Shown: one piece after another, positions 18,452-27,089 of the stretch
How the letters are laid out: each line of letters opens with the position of its first letter
Position numbering within the stretch: the stretch's first letter is position 1
Origin: a virus
Lineage: Duplodnaviria; Caudoviricetes
Reading direction: 5' to 3' (one strand)
IMG/VR virus record: IMGVR_UViG_3300038673_000242
Location: 1-42,412 of that record
DNA: 42,412 nt
The notes under the pieces: model-generated
What the model was told of the DNA's origin: nothing
What the model saw: the letters and a program-made list of their open reading frames with translations, nothing else
Databases searched by the model: none
Program-made: the position numbers and the translations under genes

Positions 18452-19081
18452 CTAAATGTTTTTGAATTTGTTAATAAGTGCTTGTAGTTTTTGTTTGTTT
18501 TTTGCATCTGCGACAACCTTGTCCGCCGCACGTTGCTCCTCGGCTTGCTTTGCTCTGTATTCGTTGTAACTTTCCATCGCACGGACACCGACATCCGTTG
18601 CCGTGTATGCGGGGAACGTTACCGGCGAAACGTCATAGAGTTTTACCTTCTTCAGTTCCCTCACGTCGTAACCGTCTTCATACCGCCATTCATCGTCTTC
18701 GACCACAAAGCCAATTGACATTTGGTTGATATCTCCACGTTCAATAGAAGTCCTCAGGTCTTTAGCCCAAGTCGTATTCGGAGGCAGTATTTTCACGAAC
18801 AGCCCTCTTTCGTCTTCGGCAAGTTGCAGTGTTCCCGCCTTATTCCTGCCTAGTACGTAATTGGGGTCATGATTGAAAAGTGCACGTATATCATCTTGTC
18901 CAAGACTTGCCATAAACGCGCCTTTCCTCACCTTCTCCTTGAACGGAAAGATTCCACCGAGTGTCTCAGACCAACTGTCGAATACCGCCGCATGCCCTTC
19001 AATGAAATTGCCGTCTTCACTTTCGTTCACGCGCAGTTCCACAAAAGGCAGTGTTCTAATTTCCTTCTTGCCCTGATCCAT
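18452..19081 (-). CDS. HK97-family prohead protease
   Basis: GHAAVF, ALFNHD, MSIGF, DVSPVTFPAY; start reassigned to MDQGKK by RBS. Confidence 0.93.
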   Translation of the reverse strand: MDQGKKEIRTLPFVELRVNESEDGNFIEGHAAVFDSWSETLGGIFPFKEKVRKGAFMASLGQDDIRALFNHDPNYVLGRNKAGTLQLAEDERGLFVKILPPNTTWAKDLRTSIERGDINQMSIGFVVEDDEWRYEDGYDVRELKKVKLYDVSPVTFPAYTATDVGVRAMESYNEYRAKQAEEQRAADKVVADAKNKQKLQALINKFKNI

Positions 19082-20302
19082 CGCTTCCTCCTTGTTCTGT
19101 ATTTTGTTGTCCTGCGCTGACCATGTTTCCGTTGACCAAGTACGCATTTCCACCCTGTTCATCAGGTATCGGGTTCATTTCCTCTAAATCCCTGATTTCA
19201 TTAATGCTCATCCAACCGTTCTGCCGCGCTGTTGCATAACCTTGCGTTCGCGTTGTAAAGTCGCCACGCAATAGACCATCAACATTGAATTTCGCATAGT
19301 ACAATATCCGCTCCTGTTCGTTGAGAAGGCTTCTGTATATTGCCTGCTCCCACCTGACTAGCCACGGTCTGATTGTGTGCGTTACGAAATCAATCGACTG
19401 GTGTTCTATATTGCTGAATGTGCTTCGTTCGAGGTCGCCGACTAGATGCGGCGGTACTCTAAAAATTCGACATATTTCCTTGTTTCTAGGAATTGGCTTG
19501 CTTCGGGAGATAGCCCTATTTCGTGGTATTTCATTCCTTCCTCAAGGACAGCAATCTTGTTACTGTTCTTGGTGCCCTGATAGACCTTGTTCCAACTTTC
19601 CCTCAGTTTTTCCGGTTCCTTCACTACTCCAGGGTGTTCTAGCACTCCGCCCGGTCGCGCTCCGTTCCCGAAAAACCTTGCTCCGTATTCCTCTGTTGCC
19701 AGTGCTAACCCTACCGCTTCACGCGCTTGGTCTATCGGGGATAATCCCTTTACGCCGTCATATCCCAACCCCACTACGTGAAAGACTTGCTCCGGTTTGT
19801 ACACGTAGGTTTTGTTGTCCTTATCGTCCGAGTAGGTGTACTTGATTTTCTTCGTATTCTGGTCGCGTTCAACCTCCATCAGGTTTGGCTTCAAATACCA
19901 CAGTTCCTTTACGTGCCCCGCCTTGTCGCGTATGATTCGAGCGTAAGCATTTCCGTATAACAAAAGAGAGGTCATCATAACCTCTCTGAAATTGAAACTT
20001 GTCATTTCGTTATTCGGCAAATCGTGCAATACCTCAAACAACGGATGTTCTATCGCTTTTGCGTTCTTATCCTTTTCGCGGCGATATAAAAACAGTGGCA
20101 AGCTTGCCACCGTTTCCGCCAACACCCTCACACATGCATACACCGCAGATGTCTGCATCGCTCGAATTTCATCTACCTGAACGCCGCTTGACACACCATT
20201 GAAATCAACATCAACGCCCCTGATGAATTCGTTCATCTTTGGGTCTACTGCTCGCTTTTCGACAGTAGGCTTATCCCTGCTACGTTTTGAAAACAATCCC
20301 AT
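19056..20302 (-). pseudogene. HK97-family portal protein, frameshifted near 19475
   Basis: One frame gives ...SQFLETRKY then stops; another frame resumes EICRIFRVPPHLVGDLERSTFSNIEHQS through to 19056. Confidence 0.85.
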
Positions 20303-20344
20303 TTTTCCTCCTGTTATTGTGGCGAATTCGCCATATTTGGGCAT

Positions 20345-20372
20345 AAAAAAACCGCACCATTTGATGCGGTTT
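20345..20372 (-). terminator. Intrinsic terminator after RelE
   Basis: AAACCGCA-N8-TGCGGTTT plus T tract. Confidence 0.75.
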
Positions 20373-20398
20373 AATCTGTAGCCTTTAAGCTTACGCTC

Positions 20399-20716
20399 TT
20401 AGTATATCAATTCCGATATATTCCTTCCTCCGTAGAACACATGCAAAACCACGACTTCGCGTGTTTTTTCCACTGGCAGATAAAATATTATGAAATTGTC
20501 CACGTTGACCTTTCGTAGCCCGCGTGAAAACCACGGCTCTTTGTCATATCTTGGAAATCGCTCCGGCATGTCGTCAAGTGATTCCACCATGTCAAAAATC
20601 CTGTTTATCTGCTTGTTCGCTGTTTCAGGCACGAGCAGTGTATTTGCGATGTAACTATGTATCTCCCAAATCTCATTTTGGAATTCGGGAGTTACGATTA
20701 TTTGCCATTTACTCAT
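20399..20716 (-). CDS. Type II toxin, RelE/ParE family
   Basis: 105 aa; I..YIA..L..P..A, P.R.P, R...V.N..IFY, V.HVFYG.R. Confidence 0.85.
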   Translation of the reverse strand: MSKWQIIVTPEFQNEIWEIHSYIANTLLVPETANKQINRIFDMVESLDDMPERFPRYDKEPWFSRGLRKVNVDNFIIFYLPVEKTREVVVLHVFYGGRNISELIY

Positions 20717-21015
20717 TTGTTTTCTGCTCCAAACTTCGTCCTGAATTCAGTAAAACTGACACATTTGCCGTCAGCATATGATTTGACCGCGTTTTCCATT
20801 AGACCGTTAAACTCGTCATCGGTCAATGAGCCATATGCAATTGGAGCATTGGTCGGCAATTTCATTTCAAAAGGTATCTTCCTCTGAAGCGCGATTTGCC
20901 TTAAGAACACTTCCATCGCTGTAGACATTGAAATACCAAGTTGCGTTAATACAACTTCTGCTTGTTCCTTTATCGTTGGATCTACTCTTGTCATTATGCT
21001 TGCAGTTTTAGCCAT
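20713..21015 (-). CDS. Type II antitoxin, RelB/DinJ family
   Basis: RVD..IKEQAE.VL..LG.SMSTA..FLRQI.....IPF; ATGA overlap with toxin. Confidence 0.9.
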   Translation of the reverse strand: MAKTASIMTRVDPTIKEQAEVVLTQLGISMSTAMEVFLRQIALQRKIPFEMKLPTNAPIAYGSLTDDEFNGLMENAVKSYADGKCVSFTEFRTKFGAENK

Positions 21016-21057
21016 CTTTTCTACCTCCTATTGTATAGTATGGTCTTTCTTACTCAA

Positions 21058-21098
21058 ATAATATCATATTGTATTGCATAATGCAAGCGGTTTGCAAT
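21058..21098 (-). promoter_or_regulatory. TA promoter with palindromic operator
   Basis: TTGCAT-N17-TATATT with TGn extension; TTGCAT-A-ATGCAA palindrome at 21074-21086 covers the -35. Confidence 0.6.
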
Positions 21099-21125
21099 AT
21101 TTTTTATTGCTTTTTCATTGTTCAT

Positions 21126-22697
21126 CTAAATAATCAGTATGCCGCGCGTGTTGTAAATGCTGTCCGGTGCGGTCTTGTTCCTTAGTGCTCTATCTAACGC
21201 CATGATGGTTGCTACCGCACCATCAATACGCTCCGTAGACTTTTCCTTGTCCGGTTTAATGTTTCCTGCGGGGTCTGTCCTTACGAAAATGTTGTCCATC
21301 ATCCAACGTAACGGTTCGTTTCCGCCATGCGCTATTCTCTGTTCTAGTACAAGCTTCATCAATTCTTTGGTCGGCGGTGACATATCCTTAAATCCCTGTC
21401 CGAACGGCACTATGGTGAAGCCTGCGCCTTCGAGGTTTTGTGACATTTGCACTGCGCCCCACCGGTCATAAGCTATTTCTTTTATGTTGTACTTTGCCCC
21501 TAATTCTTCGATAAACGCTTCAATGTAGCCGTAGTGTATTACGTTGCCTTCCGTGGTCATAACGCTTCCCTTAGCCTGCCATACGTCGTATGGAACGTGG
21601 TCTCGCCGTACCCTTTGGTCTATCGTGTCTTCCGGTATCCAAAAGTAAGGTTTTATAACGTACTTGTCCTCTTCTGTCTTCGGAGGAAACACCAAAACAA
21701 AAGCTGTAATATCTGTGCTAGACGACAAGTCCAGTCCCGCGAAGCACTCCTGCCCCAACAGTTCCTGCTCATTTATCTCAAACGCACACTTATCCCATGC
21801 ATCCATCGGCATCCATCTCACCGATTGCTTAACCCACTGATTGAGTCGCAACTGCCTAAACAGGTTTTCCTCTGCAGGATTGTCCTTCGCACTCATGTAT
21901 GCCGCCCTCAGTTTTTCGATATCCACCGTCACGTCCAATGACGGATTTGCCTTGTACCAGTTCTTTTCATCACTCCAATCCTCATTGTCCCCTATGCCAT
22001 AAATCACTGGGTAGAAGGTTGGATCGTTTTTCCGACCTTCGATTATGTCAACCGCCTTTTGATGCACTTCCCAACAAATCGAGTTGCGGTCAGTCCCTGC
22101 TGTGGTGATTTGAAAAAACAACGGTTGCTTTCGCGCATCGCCTGAGCCGTGCAACATAACGTCATATAGCTGTCGGTTTGGTTGTGCATGCAATTCGTCG
22201 AACACAACGCCGTGAACGTTAAGTCCGTGCTTTGTGTAACTCTCCGCCGAAAGCACCTGATAGAAACTGTTCAGCGGTGTGTATATCAAGCGTTTTTGTG
22301 AAAGCAACGGCTTAATTCTCTTTTTGAGAGCCGGACATTGTTCAACCATGTCTACTGCAACGTCGAAAACTATGCTTGCTTGCTGTCTGTCGGCAGCACA
22401 ACCATATACTTCTGCGCCCCATTCGCCGTCGCCCGCCATAAGGTATAGTGCAATAGCCGCCGCCAATTCTGACTTTCCCTGCTTTTTTGGAATCTCTACA
22501 TATGCGTAGTTGTACTGTCTGTACCCATTTTCCTTTACCGTCCCGAAAATATCACGAACGATTTTTTCCTGCCACGGCAATAAATCAAACGGCTTTCCAT
22601 GCCATACGCCTTTTGTATGTTTCAGCATGCTGATAAATGCAACGGCTCTGTCTGCGCGAGATTTGTCGTACTGTGTCTTATTTTGTCTCTCGCTCAT
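21126..22697 (-). CDS. Terminase large subunit
   Basis: PKKQGKS Walker A, VVFDELH Walker B, ITTAG, GLDLS, RIDG. Confidence 0.96.
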   Translation of the reverse strand: MSERQNKTQYDKSRADRAVAFISMLKHTKGVWHGKPFDLLPWQEKIVRDIFGTVKENGYRQYNYAYVEIPKKQGKSELAAAIALYLMAGDGEWGAEVYGCAADRQQASIVFDVAVDMVEQCPALKKRIKPLLSQKRLIYTPLNSFYQVLSAESYTKHGLNVHGVVFDELHAQPNRQLYDVMLHGSGDARKQPLFFQITTAGTDRNSICWEVHQKAVDIIEGRKNDPTFYPVIYGIGDNEDWSDEKNWYKANPSLDVTVDIEKLRAAYMSAKDNPAEENLFRQLRLNQWVKQSVRWMPMDAWDKCAFEINEQELLGQECFAGLDLSSSTDITAFVLVFPPKTEEDKYVIKPYFWIPEDTIDQRVRRDHVPYDVWQAKGSVMTTEGNVIHYGYIEAFIEELGAKYNIKEIAYDRWGAVQMSQNLEGAGFTIVPFGQGFKDMSPPTKELMKLVLEQRIAHGGNEPLRWMMDNIFVRTDPAGNIKPDKEKSTERIDGAVATIMALDRALRNKTAPDSIYNTRGILII

Positions 22698-22707
22698 TTT
22701 TTCTCCT

Positions 22708-22736
22708 AAAAAAGAAGCAACCGTCTCCAGTTGCTT
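22708..22736 (-). terminator. Terminator closing the three-gene moron
   Basis: AAGCAAC-N8-GTTGCTT plus T-rich tail. Confidence 0.65.
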
Positions 22737-22743
22737 GTTTCGT

Positions 22744-22956
22744 TTAGTCTCTGCCGCTTACGTCTATGAGGTCAACATGCTCTCGTATCACCTTGAGTGC
22801 GTGTGCGTAGCTTTTGCTATTGAACACTTCCTCCCGCATATCGTTATACTCGACTATTCGGCGTGCTTTCTGCATGACAGCCCTAACTTCCGCCAGTATG
22901 TGGTATATGTTCCCACTGGGTCCTGCGCTGTCAAATGTTACTATTGGTTTGTCCAT
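22744..22956 (-). CDS. Conserved small phage protein, unknown function
   Basis: GP.GNIY.IL..V pattern; RBS present. Confidence 0.6.
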   Translation of the reverse strand: MDKPIVTFDSAGPSGNIYHILAEVRAVMQKARRIVEYNDMREEVFNSKSYAHALKVIREHVDLIDVSGRD

Positions 22957-22964
22957 ATTCCACC

Positions 22965-23240
22965 TCAGTATTCGTCTGCGTATAATATCGTTGTCACCAA
23001 CGTCTCCGCCGTGGTATCGTCCGTTATGATATAGACCTTTCCGCGACTGGTAGTATAAGCGGCGAGTATCCGCCCGCCGCTTTTTACTGCCTTTTCATTC
23101 ATTGACTTGTCTTCATCACACAAGTCGCCCCAATCCTTGTCCATGAACTTTATCATCGCATTCAGCACCTCTACATGAAAGCCGCCGTCTCCTGCGATAT
23201 CTTCTGCTATTTGCCTTGTCATGAATATATTGTTTTTCAT
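22965..23240 (-). CDS. Conserved MGE protein of the DWGD...TTIL..EY type, unknown function
   Basis: Start reassigned to MKNNIF (GGAGG RBS); DWGDLC.ED...N..A....RI..AY, YIIT, TTILYADEY. Confidence 0.65.
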   Translation of the reverse strand: MKNNIFMTRQIAEDIAGDGGFHVEVLNAMIKFMDKDWGDLCDEDKSMNEKAVKSGGRILAAYTTSRGKVYIITDDTTAETLVTTILYADEY

Positions 23241-23254
23241 GTTCCCACCTCCGA

Positions 23255-23596
23255 TTAGAAGCTGTAGTCGTAGTATTCGTCCCTGTGTCCGAGCGAACAC
23301 TTGTAACCATCTCGACATCCCTTTTCTACCCAACGCCCCCATTTGTTCAGTCTCATTTCGAATTTTTGACCGTTGGGATTGCGCTCATAGCTGTACTCTT
23401 GGCACTCGCTCATATGGTTATTGTCTGTACGAATTGCCTTATCTCTCTGACATACGAGGCTCTTTCCGCTCTTCGATACTTCTATGATTGTGCATGCGTA
23501 TCTGTCCGTCCATGCACATACCGTGCATCCCATTCCGACTTCGGGTGCCGGCTGTGCCATTCTTGCTTGTAATTCGTTTATTAGGCTTCCTGTCAT
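23255..23596 (-). CDS. Conserved phage protein, unknown function
   Basis: Start reassigned to MTGSLIN (AGGAGG RBS); P.VGMG.T....DRY..TI..VS pattern. Confidence 0.6.
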   Translation of the reverse strand: MTGSLINELQARMAQPAPEVGMGCTVCAWTDRYACTIIEVSKSGKSLVCQRDKAIRTDNNHMSECQEYSYERNPNGQKFEMRLNKWGRWVEKGCRDGYKCSLGHRDEYYDYSF

Positions 23597-23612
23597 GTTA
23601 GTGACCTCCTTG

Positions 23613-23655
23613 TTTTGGTGGGACAAACAATATCGGAAATAACACAATAAGTCTA
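23613..23655 (-). promoter_or_regulatory. Conserved 43-bp promoter motif, copy 2
   Basis: TAGACT-N17-TATTGT-TTGTCCCACCAAAA directly upstream of the RBS. Confidence 0.7.
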
Positions 23656-23668
23656 GGGAAAAATCGCA

Positions 23669-24997
23669 TTAAACCGAAAGAATTTCGGAAGATTTTACCA
23701 CCTGCTTTTTGCCATTTCGAAAAAGTGTCACATCTGCCACTTTTTTGAATTGAATATACCTTTTCACGATAACGTCAGCGTATTTTGGGTCGAGTTCCAT
23801 TGTGTAACATGCCCGATTCAACTGCTCACAAGTAATTAGCGTACTCCCGCTACCACCGAAATTATCGAGCACAATGTCACCTACTTGGCTGCTGTTTTTT
23901 ACAAGACGAGCCAAAAGCTTCAGCGGCTTCATTGTAGGATGCTCCGCGTTCCTTGACGGCTTGTCTTCATTTATTACCGTGGTCGATATCTTATCGCTCA
24001 GCATTTCTTTCAGCAAGTCGCGCATCTCTTCCTTCTTCAGCTTCGCCACATCTATTTTCTTATCTTCAAACACAGTTGATTGTGAGCGGTCGTCAATAAA
24101 GTAATGCGATGCGCCTTCCGTCCAACCGTACAAGCAAGCTTCGTGCTTCCATTGATAATCGCTTCGTCCCAACGTGAAGCAGTTTTTGTTCCATATCAGC
24201 ATTTGCCGCACCTTGCCCAATTGCTCTGTGCAACTGTGCCTGAACGCGCCGCCCTGACTCTCCGCATGCCAAATATAAAACGGAGCACCATTCTTCATTA
24301 CCTTGTGCGCACAGCCAAATGCCGCCATCAAAAACTGAATGAAGCTGTTCTCGCTCATATTGTCATTTTGAATTGACAGTCCGGTGCCGCCCTCGTAGTT
24401 CACGTTGTACGGCGGGTCCGTTAAATACATGTCTGCCGTTTTTCCGTTCATGAGCACTTTCGTGTCTTCTTCTTTCGTGCTGTCTCCGCACATCAATCTA
24501 TGTCTGCCAAGTACCCACACGTCGCCCTGTGCGCTGAACGGTGCCTTCTCTTCGTCCTTTTCGACTTCGGGTGCCACGTCTTCAACAATGTCGCTCTCAT
24601 CGTCAAAAAGCGCGCTGACCTCTGTCATGTCAAAACCAGTTAACGTTGTATCAAAGCCGCTGTCCGACAAGTCCTTCAATAGCGCAGTCAGCAACGCATC
24701 GTCCCAATCGCCGCTTATCTTGTTGAGCGCAATATTCAGTGCCTTTTCTTTCTGCAAATCAATATCCAATATGACGCAGTCAACCTCTGTGTGTCCGAGA
24801 TGTTTTAGCACCTTCAATCGCTGATGACCGCCAACTACGTTGCCGGTTCTCTTATTCCAAATCACAGGCTCGACATACCCAAATTCCTCGATTGACCGCT
24901 TCAGCTTTTCGAACTCTTCGTCTCCTGGTTGCAAGTCTTTTCTTGGGTTGTACTCTGCCGCCTTCAGCTTTTCAACCGCTATTTTTCGTATATCCAT
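23669..24997 (-). CDS. ParB-like N-terminal domain + DNA amino-methyltransferase (DPPY, probably N6-adenine)
   Basis: YNPR/GGHQRL ParB-like domain; TDPPY, HPTMKP, DNFGGSGS. Confidence 0.9.
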   Translation of the reverse strand: MDIRKIAVEKLKAAEYNPRKDLQPGDEEFEKLKRSIEEFGYVEPVIWNKRTGNVVGGHQRLKVLKHLGHTEVDCVILDIDLQKEKALNIALNKISGDWDDALLTALLKDLSDSGFDTTLTGFDMTEVSALFDDESDIVEDVAPEVEKDEEKAPFSAQGDVWVLGRHRLMCGDSTKEEDTKVLMNGKTADMYLTDPPYNVNYEGGTGLSIQNDNMSENSFIQFLMAAFGCAHKVMKNGAPFYIWHAESQGGAFRHSCTEQLGKVRQMLIWNKNCFTLGRSDYQWKHEACLYGWTEGASHYFIDDRSQSTVFEDKKIDVAKLKKEEMRDLLKEMLSDKISTTVINEDKPSRNAEHPTMKPLKLLARLVKNSSQVGDIVLDNFGGSGSTLITCEQLNRACYTMELDPKYADVIVKRYIQFKKVADVTLFRNGKKQVVKSSEILSV

Positions 24998-25008
24998 ATT
25001 GCCCCTCT

Positions 25009-25041
25009 AAATGAAGAACAGACACTTTATGTGCCTGTTCT
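25009..25041 (-). terminator. Terminator after GGCT
   Basis: AGAACAGGCAC-ATAAA-GTGTCTGTTCT then TCATTT. Confidence 0.6.
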
Positions 25042-25057
25042 GTATGTTTTATCTGTC

Positions 25058-25486
25058 TTATCTGCCCGCTTTTATGCGCCGCTCTGTGTCTTCGATTGCC
25101 CCTATTAGGTAGCCTTCATCCAATCCAACGTCTCTGTATCCTTCCTGTATCGTGTTGTAGTAGTACATGTTCGGCAGTGACGGTTTTCCTGTGTTCATTA
25201 GGTACACCATGCATTCCATAATTTCTCCGTTGCACTCCACTTTGACCATTTCCTTGCGATACAAGTGCGGGTAGCCCTCATATATGTCCAGTGCCGCTTC
25301 CGCGCGTTTGTCTATCTCCCACACTCCGACTGGCGTTCTTGCGCCTTCCATCGGCTCAAGCGTTGCCACTCCTCGAAACGTTAGTTGATAGTTAGGCACC
25401 CAGCCGGTGCCCACCACCGTAGCGGTGGGACACCTTCTTGCCATTTGCTTTAGATTAAGGTTGCTTCCGTATGCTATGTATTTCAC
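25058..25486 (-). CDS. Gamma-glutamylcyclotransferase (AIG2-like) family protein
   Basis: YIAYGSNL...QM..RCP, LD.YEG.P..Y motifs. Confidence 0.88.
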   Translation of the reverse strand: MKYIAYGSNLNLKQMARRCPTATVVGTGWVPNYQLTFRGVATLEPMEGARTPVGVWEIDKRAEAALDIYEGYPHLYRKEMVKVECNGEIMECMVYLMNTGKPSLPNMYYYNTIQEGYRDVGLDEGYLIGAIEDTERRIKAGR

Positions 25487-25498
25487 TGTTTTCTCTCC

Positions 25499-26392
25499 TT
25501 ATGCCGCTCTTCTTCCATCGTGGAAGGCTATGTCGCCTTCGAGGTTTGCGAGTAGATGCAGTCTTGCGGTCTTATATTCATCGCCGTTCAGTCCGAGCCT
25601 TATCAGCCATGTTCTGAAGGTATATTTCGGATCTGTGCTGACCGTCTCTTTCCTGCATGCGCCTTTTTGTCTTTTCGCTTGCGCGCTTATCGCTAGGCAC
25701 AGCTGTATGTAGCTCTTAACCTTGCCCGCATGGAGTGTGCTGTTGAACATTCGGAACTCCACCGTACCCTTCTGCCACACCGCGTGTAGGTTTAGCGCAT
25801 GGTATCTGCTGTTATCGTAGTGTTGGTAGCATCTGCTCGTGTCGCCGTTGTACCATATCCGCTTGACCTCTTCCAGTGTCTTCGGCTTTCTGCTGTCCAG
25901 TTTTGTCAGCATGTTGTCATCGACCTTCTTGCACCATCTGTCGTATCTTGCAGGATTGACTTCGAGTGCTTTGAACAGCAGTGTTTCTTTGCTTGCCATG
26001 ATGTTCGCAAGGTTCCGCAGGCTTTTCGCCGTGTGGCCGCTTGCATCGATGTGTACGTGTATGCCACAGCTTTCGTTTACCTTTCCGCCTGCGCGTCTTA
26101 TTGCCCTTACGATTTCCTGTATCGTCTCTATGTCCGCGTAGGTGCATATCGGTGTTACGAACTCGCATTTGTACTCGCTGTTCATCGTGCTGTCCGCTCC
26201 GCTTTCTGCGCGTATGCTTGAGTCGTACATTACCTTCCATTTCCTGCCGTCTGCGGCTTTTATCTCGTATGCGCTGTATCCGCCACCCACGTATTGAGCC
26301 TGTGCTCCGAGCACGTTTGCGATGCTGTTTGCCGCGGTCCCTCTCTTTATTCCTGTGAACTCTAGTTCCAGTCCGTATCTTTGTGTTTTCAT
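25499..26392 (-). CDS. Amidoligase (COOH-NH2 ligase type 2)
   Basis: Start reassigned to MKTQRYGLELE; WK..DSSI, EFVTP, SCGIHVH, RYHALN, TVEFR. Confidence 0.9.
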   Translation of the reverse strand: MKTQRYGLELEFTGIKRGTAANSIANVLGAQAQYVGGGYSAYEIKAADGRKWKVMYDSSIRAESGADSTMNSEYKCEFVTPICTYADIETIQEIVRAIRRAGGKVNESCGIHVHIDASGHTAKSLRNLANIMASKETLLFKALEVNPARYDRWCKKVDDNMLTKLDSRKPKTLEEVKRIWYNGDTSRCYQHYDNSRYHALNLHAVWQKGTVEFRMFNSTLHAGKVKSYIQLCLAISAQAKRQKGACRKETVSTDPKYTFRTWLIRLGLNGDEYKTARLHLLANLEGDIAFHDGRRAA

Positions 26393-26410
26393 GGTGTTTA
26401 CCTCCTGTTC

Positions 26411-26453
26411 TTTTGGTAGGACAAACAATGCCACAAAGAATCGCATAAGTCTA
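26411..26453 (-). promoter_or_regulatory. Conserved 43-bp promoter motif, copy 3
   Basis: TAGACT-N17-CATTGT-TTGTCCTACCAAAA upstream of the amidoligase RBS. Confidence 0.7.
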
Positions 26454-26555
26454 GGGAAAAACCGAAGAAAAACACTATTTTTTGAAAGTTTTTTCGGGGG
26501 TGCTGAAACACCCTGAAAACCCAGTAAATAAAGGCTTTTTTATCGTTTTCCCAAT

Positions 26556-26583
26556 AAAAAACCACACCTTTTCAGATGTGGTT
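26556..26583 (-). terminator. Terminator after the two small ORFs
   Basis: AACCACA-N10-TGTGGTT plus T tract. Confidence 0.6.
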
Positions 26584-26607
26584 CTGCTTGTTTCTTTGGG
26601 GGTTAGG

Positions 26608-26793
26608 TCATCTCAGCTTTTCAACTATATAACCTTCCCCTTTTTTGATTTCTGCCATACCTATATTAAAGTATGTACCGTCCGTCATTTTGACCTGAAC
26701 ACCTTGCCCATTTTGTATTTTGTGGCTTCCCGCCAAAATGCCTTTCTCCTCTAATGCTTCAATCACGATGTCGATTATTTCCTGCTTCGTCAC
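26608..26793 (-). CDS. Hypothetical 61-aa protein
   Basis: GTG start; lies between the 53-aa ORF and a terminator. Confidence 0.55.
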   Translation of the reverse strand: MTKQEIIDIVIEALEEKGILAGSHKIQNGQGVQVKMTDGTYFNIGMAEIKKGEGYIVEKLR

Positions 26794-26817
26794 CCTTATC
26801 TTTTGTATGGTAAAATC

Positions 26818-26979
26818 CTAAATGATTTCCGCTAATGTTAACGAGTATTTCTTGTTATCAGCCGCTTCAATTACCAACTCACGAGGCTGTTCTTCGCCTT
26901 GCGGGTATGTAACTTCTTTAACGCCTTCAACTTCAAGAAGCGTCGCTTCGCCAATCATATAAAGTAAATCGCTTACCAT
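26818..26979 (-). CDS. Hypothetical 53-aa acidic protein (not in ORF track)
   Basis: AAGGAGGT RBS; MVSDLLYMIGEATLLEVEGVKEVTYPQGEEQPRELVIEAADNKKYSLTLAEII. Confidence 0.65.
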   Translation of the reverse strand: MVSDLLYMIGEATLLEVEGVKEVTYPQGEEQPRELVIEAADNKKYSLTLAEII

Positions 26980-27008
26980 ACGTGTACCTCCTTTTATTTG
27001 TTGGTCTC

Positions 27009-27060
27009 ATTATACCGTATCCACTACACGAAACACAAGCAATTTAGTATCCAGTATGCG
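27009..27060. promoter_or_regulatory. Divergent promoter region with two 14-bp direct repeats 30 bp apart
   Basis: GTATCCACTACACG (27017) and GTATCCAGTATGCG (27047); TATAAT on the minus strand at 27009-27014. Confidence 0.55.
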
Positions 27061-27089
27061 AAAATTATTGTGTTGAGAGGTGCGAATTT

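Noticed and set aside
19442-19500. Programmed frameshift in the portal gene
   Set aside because: Conserved residues appear to be missing at the junction and there is no slippery heptamer at the frame switch; deletion fits better.
3862-26453. 43-bp repeats as CRISPR repeats or att sites
   Set aside because: Copies are dispersed, sit upstream of RBSs and have -35/-10 spacing; no array or cas genes.
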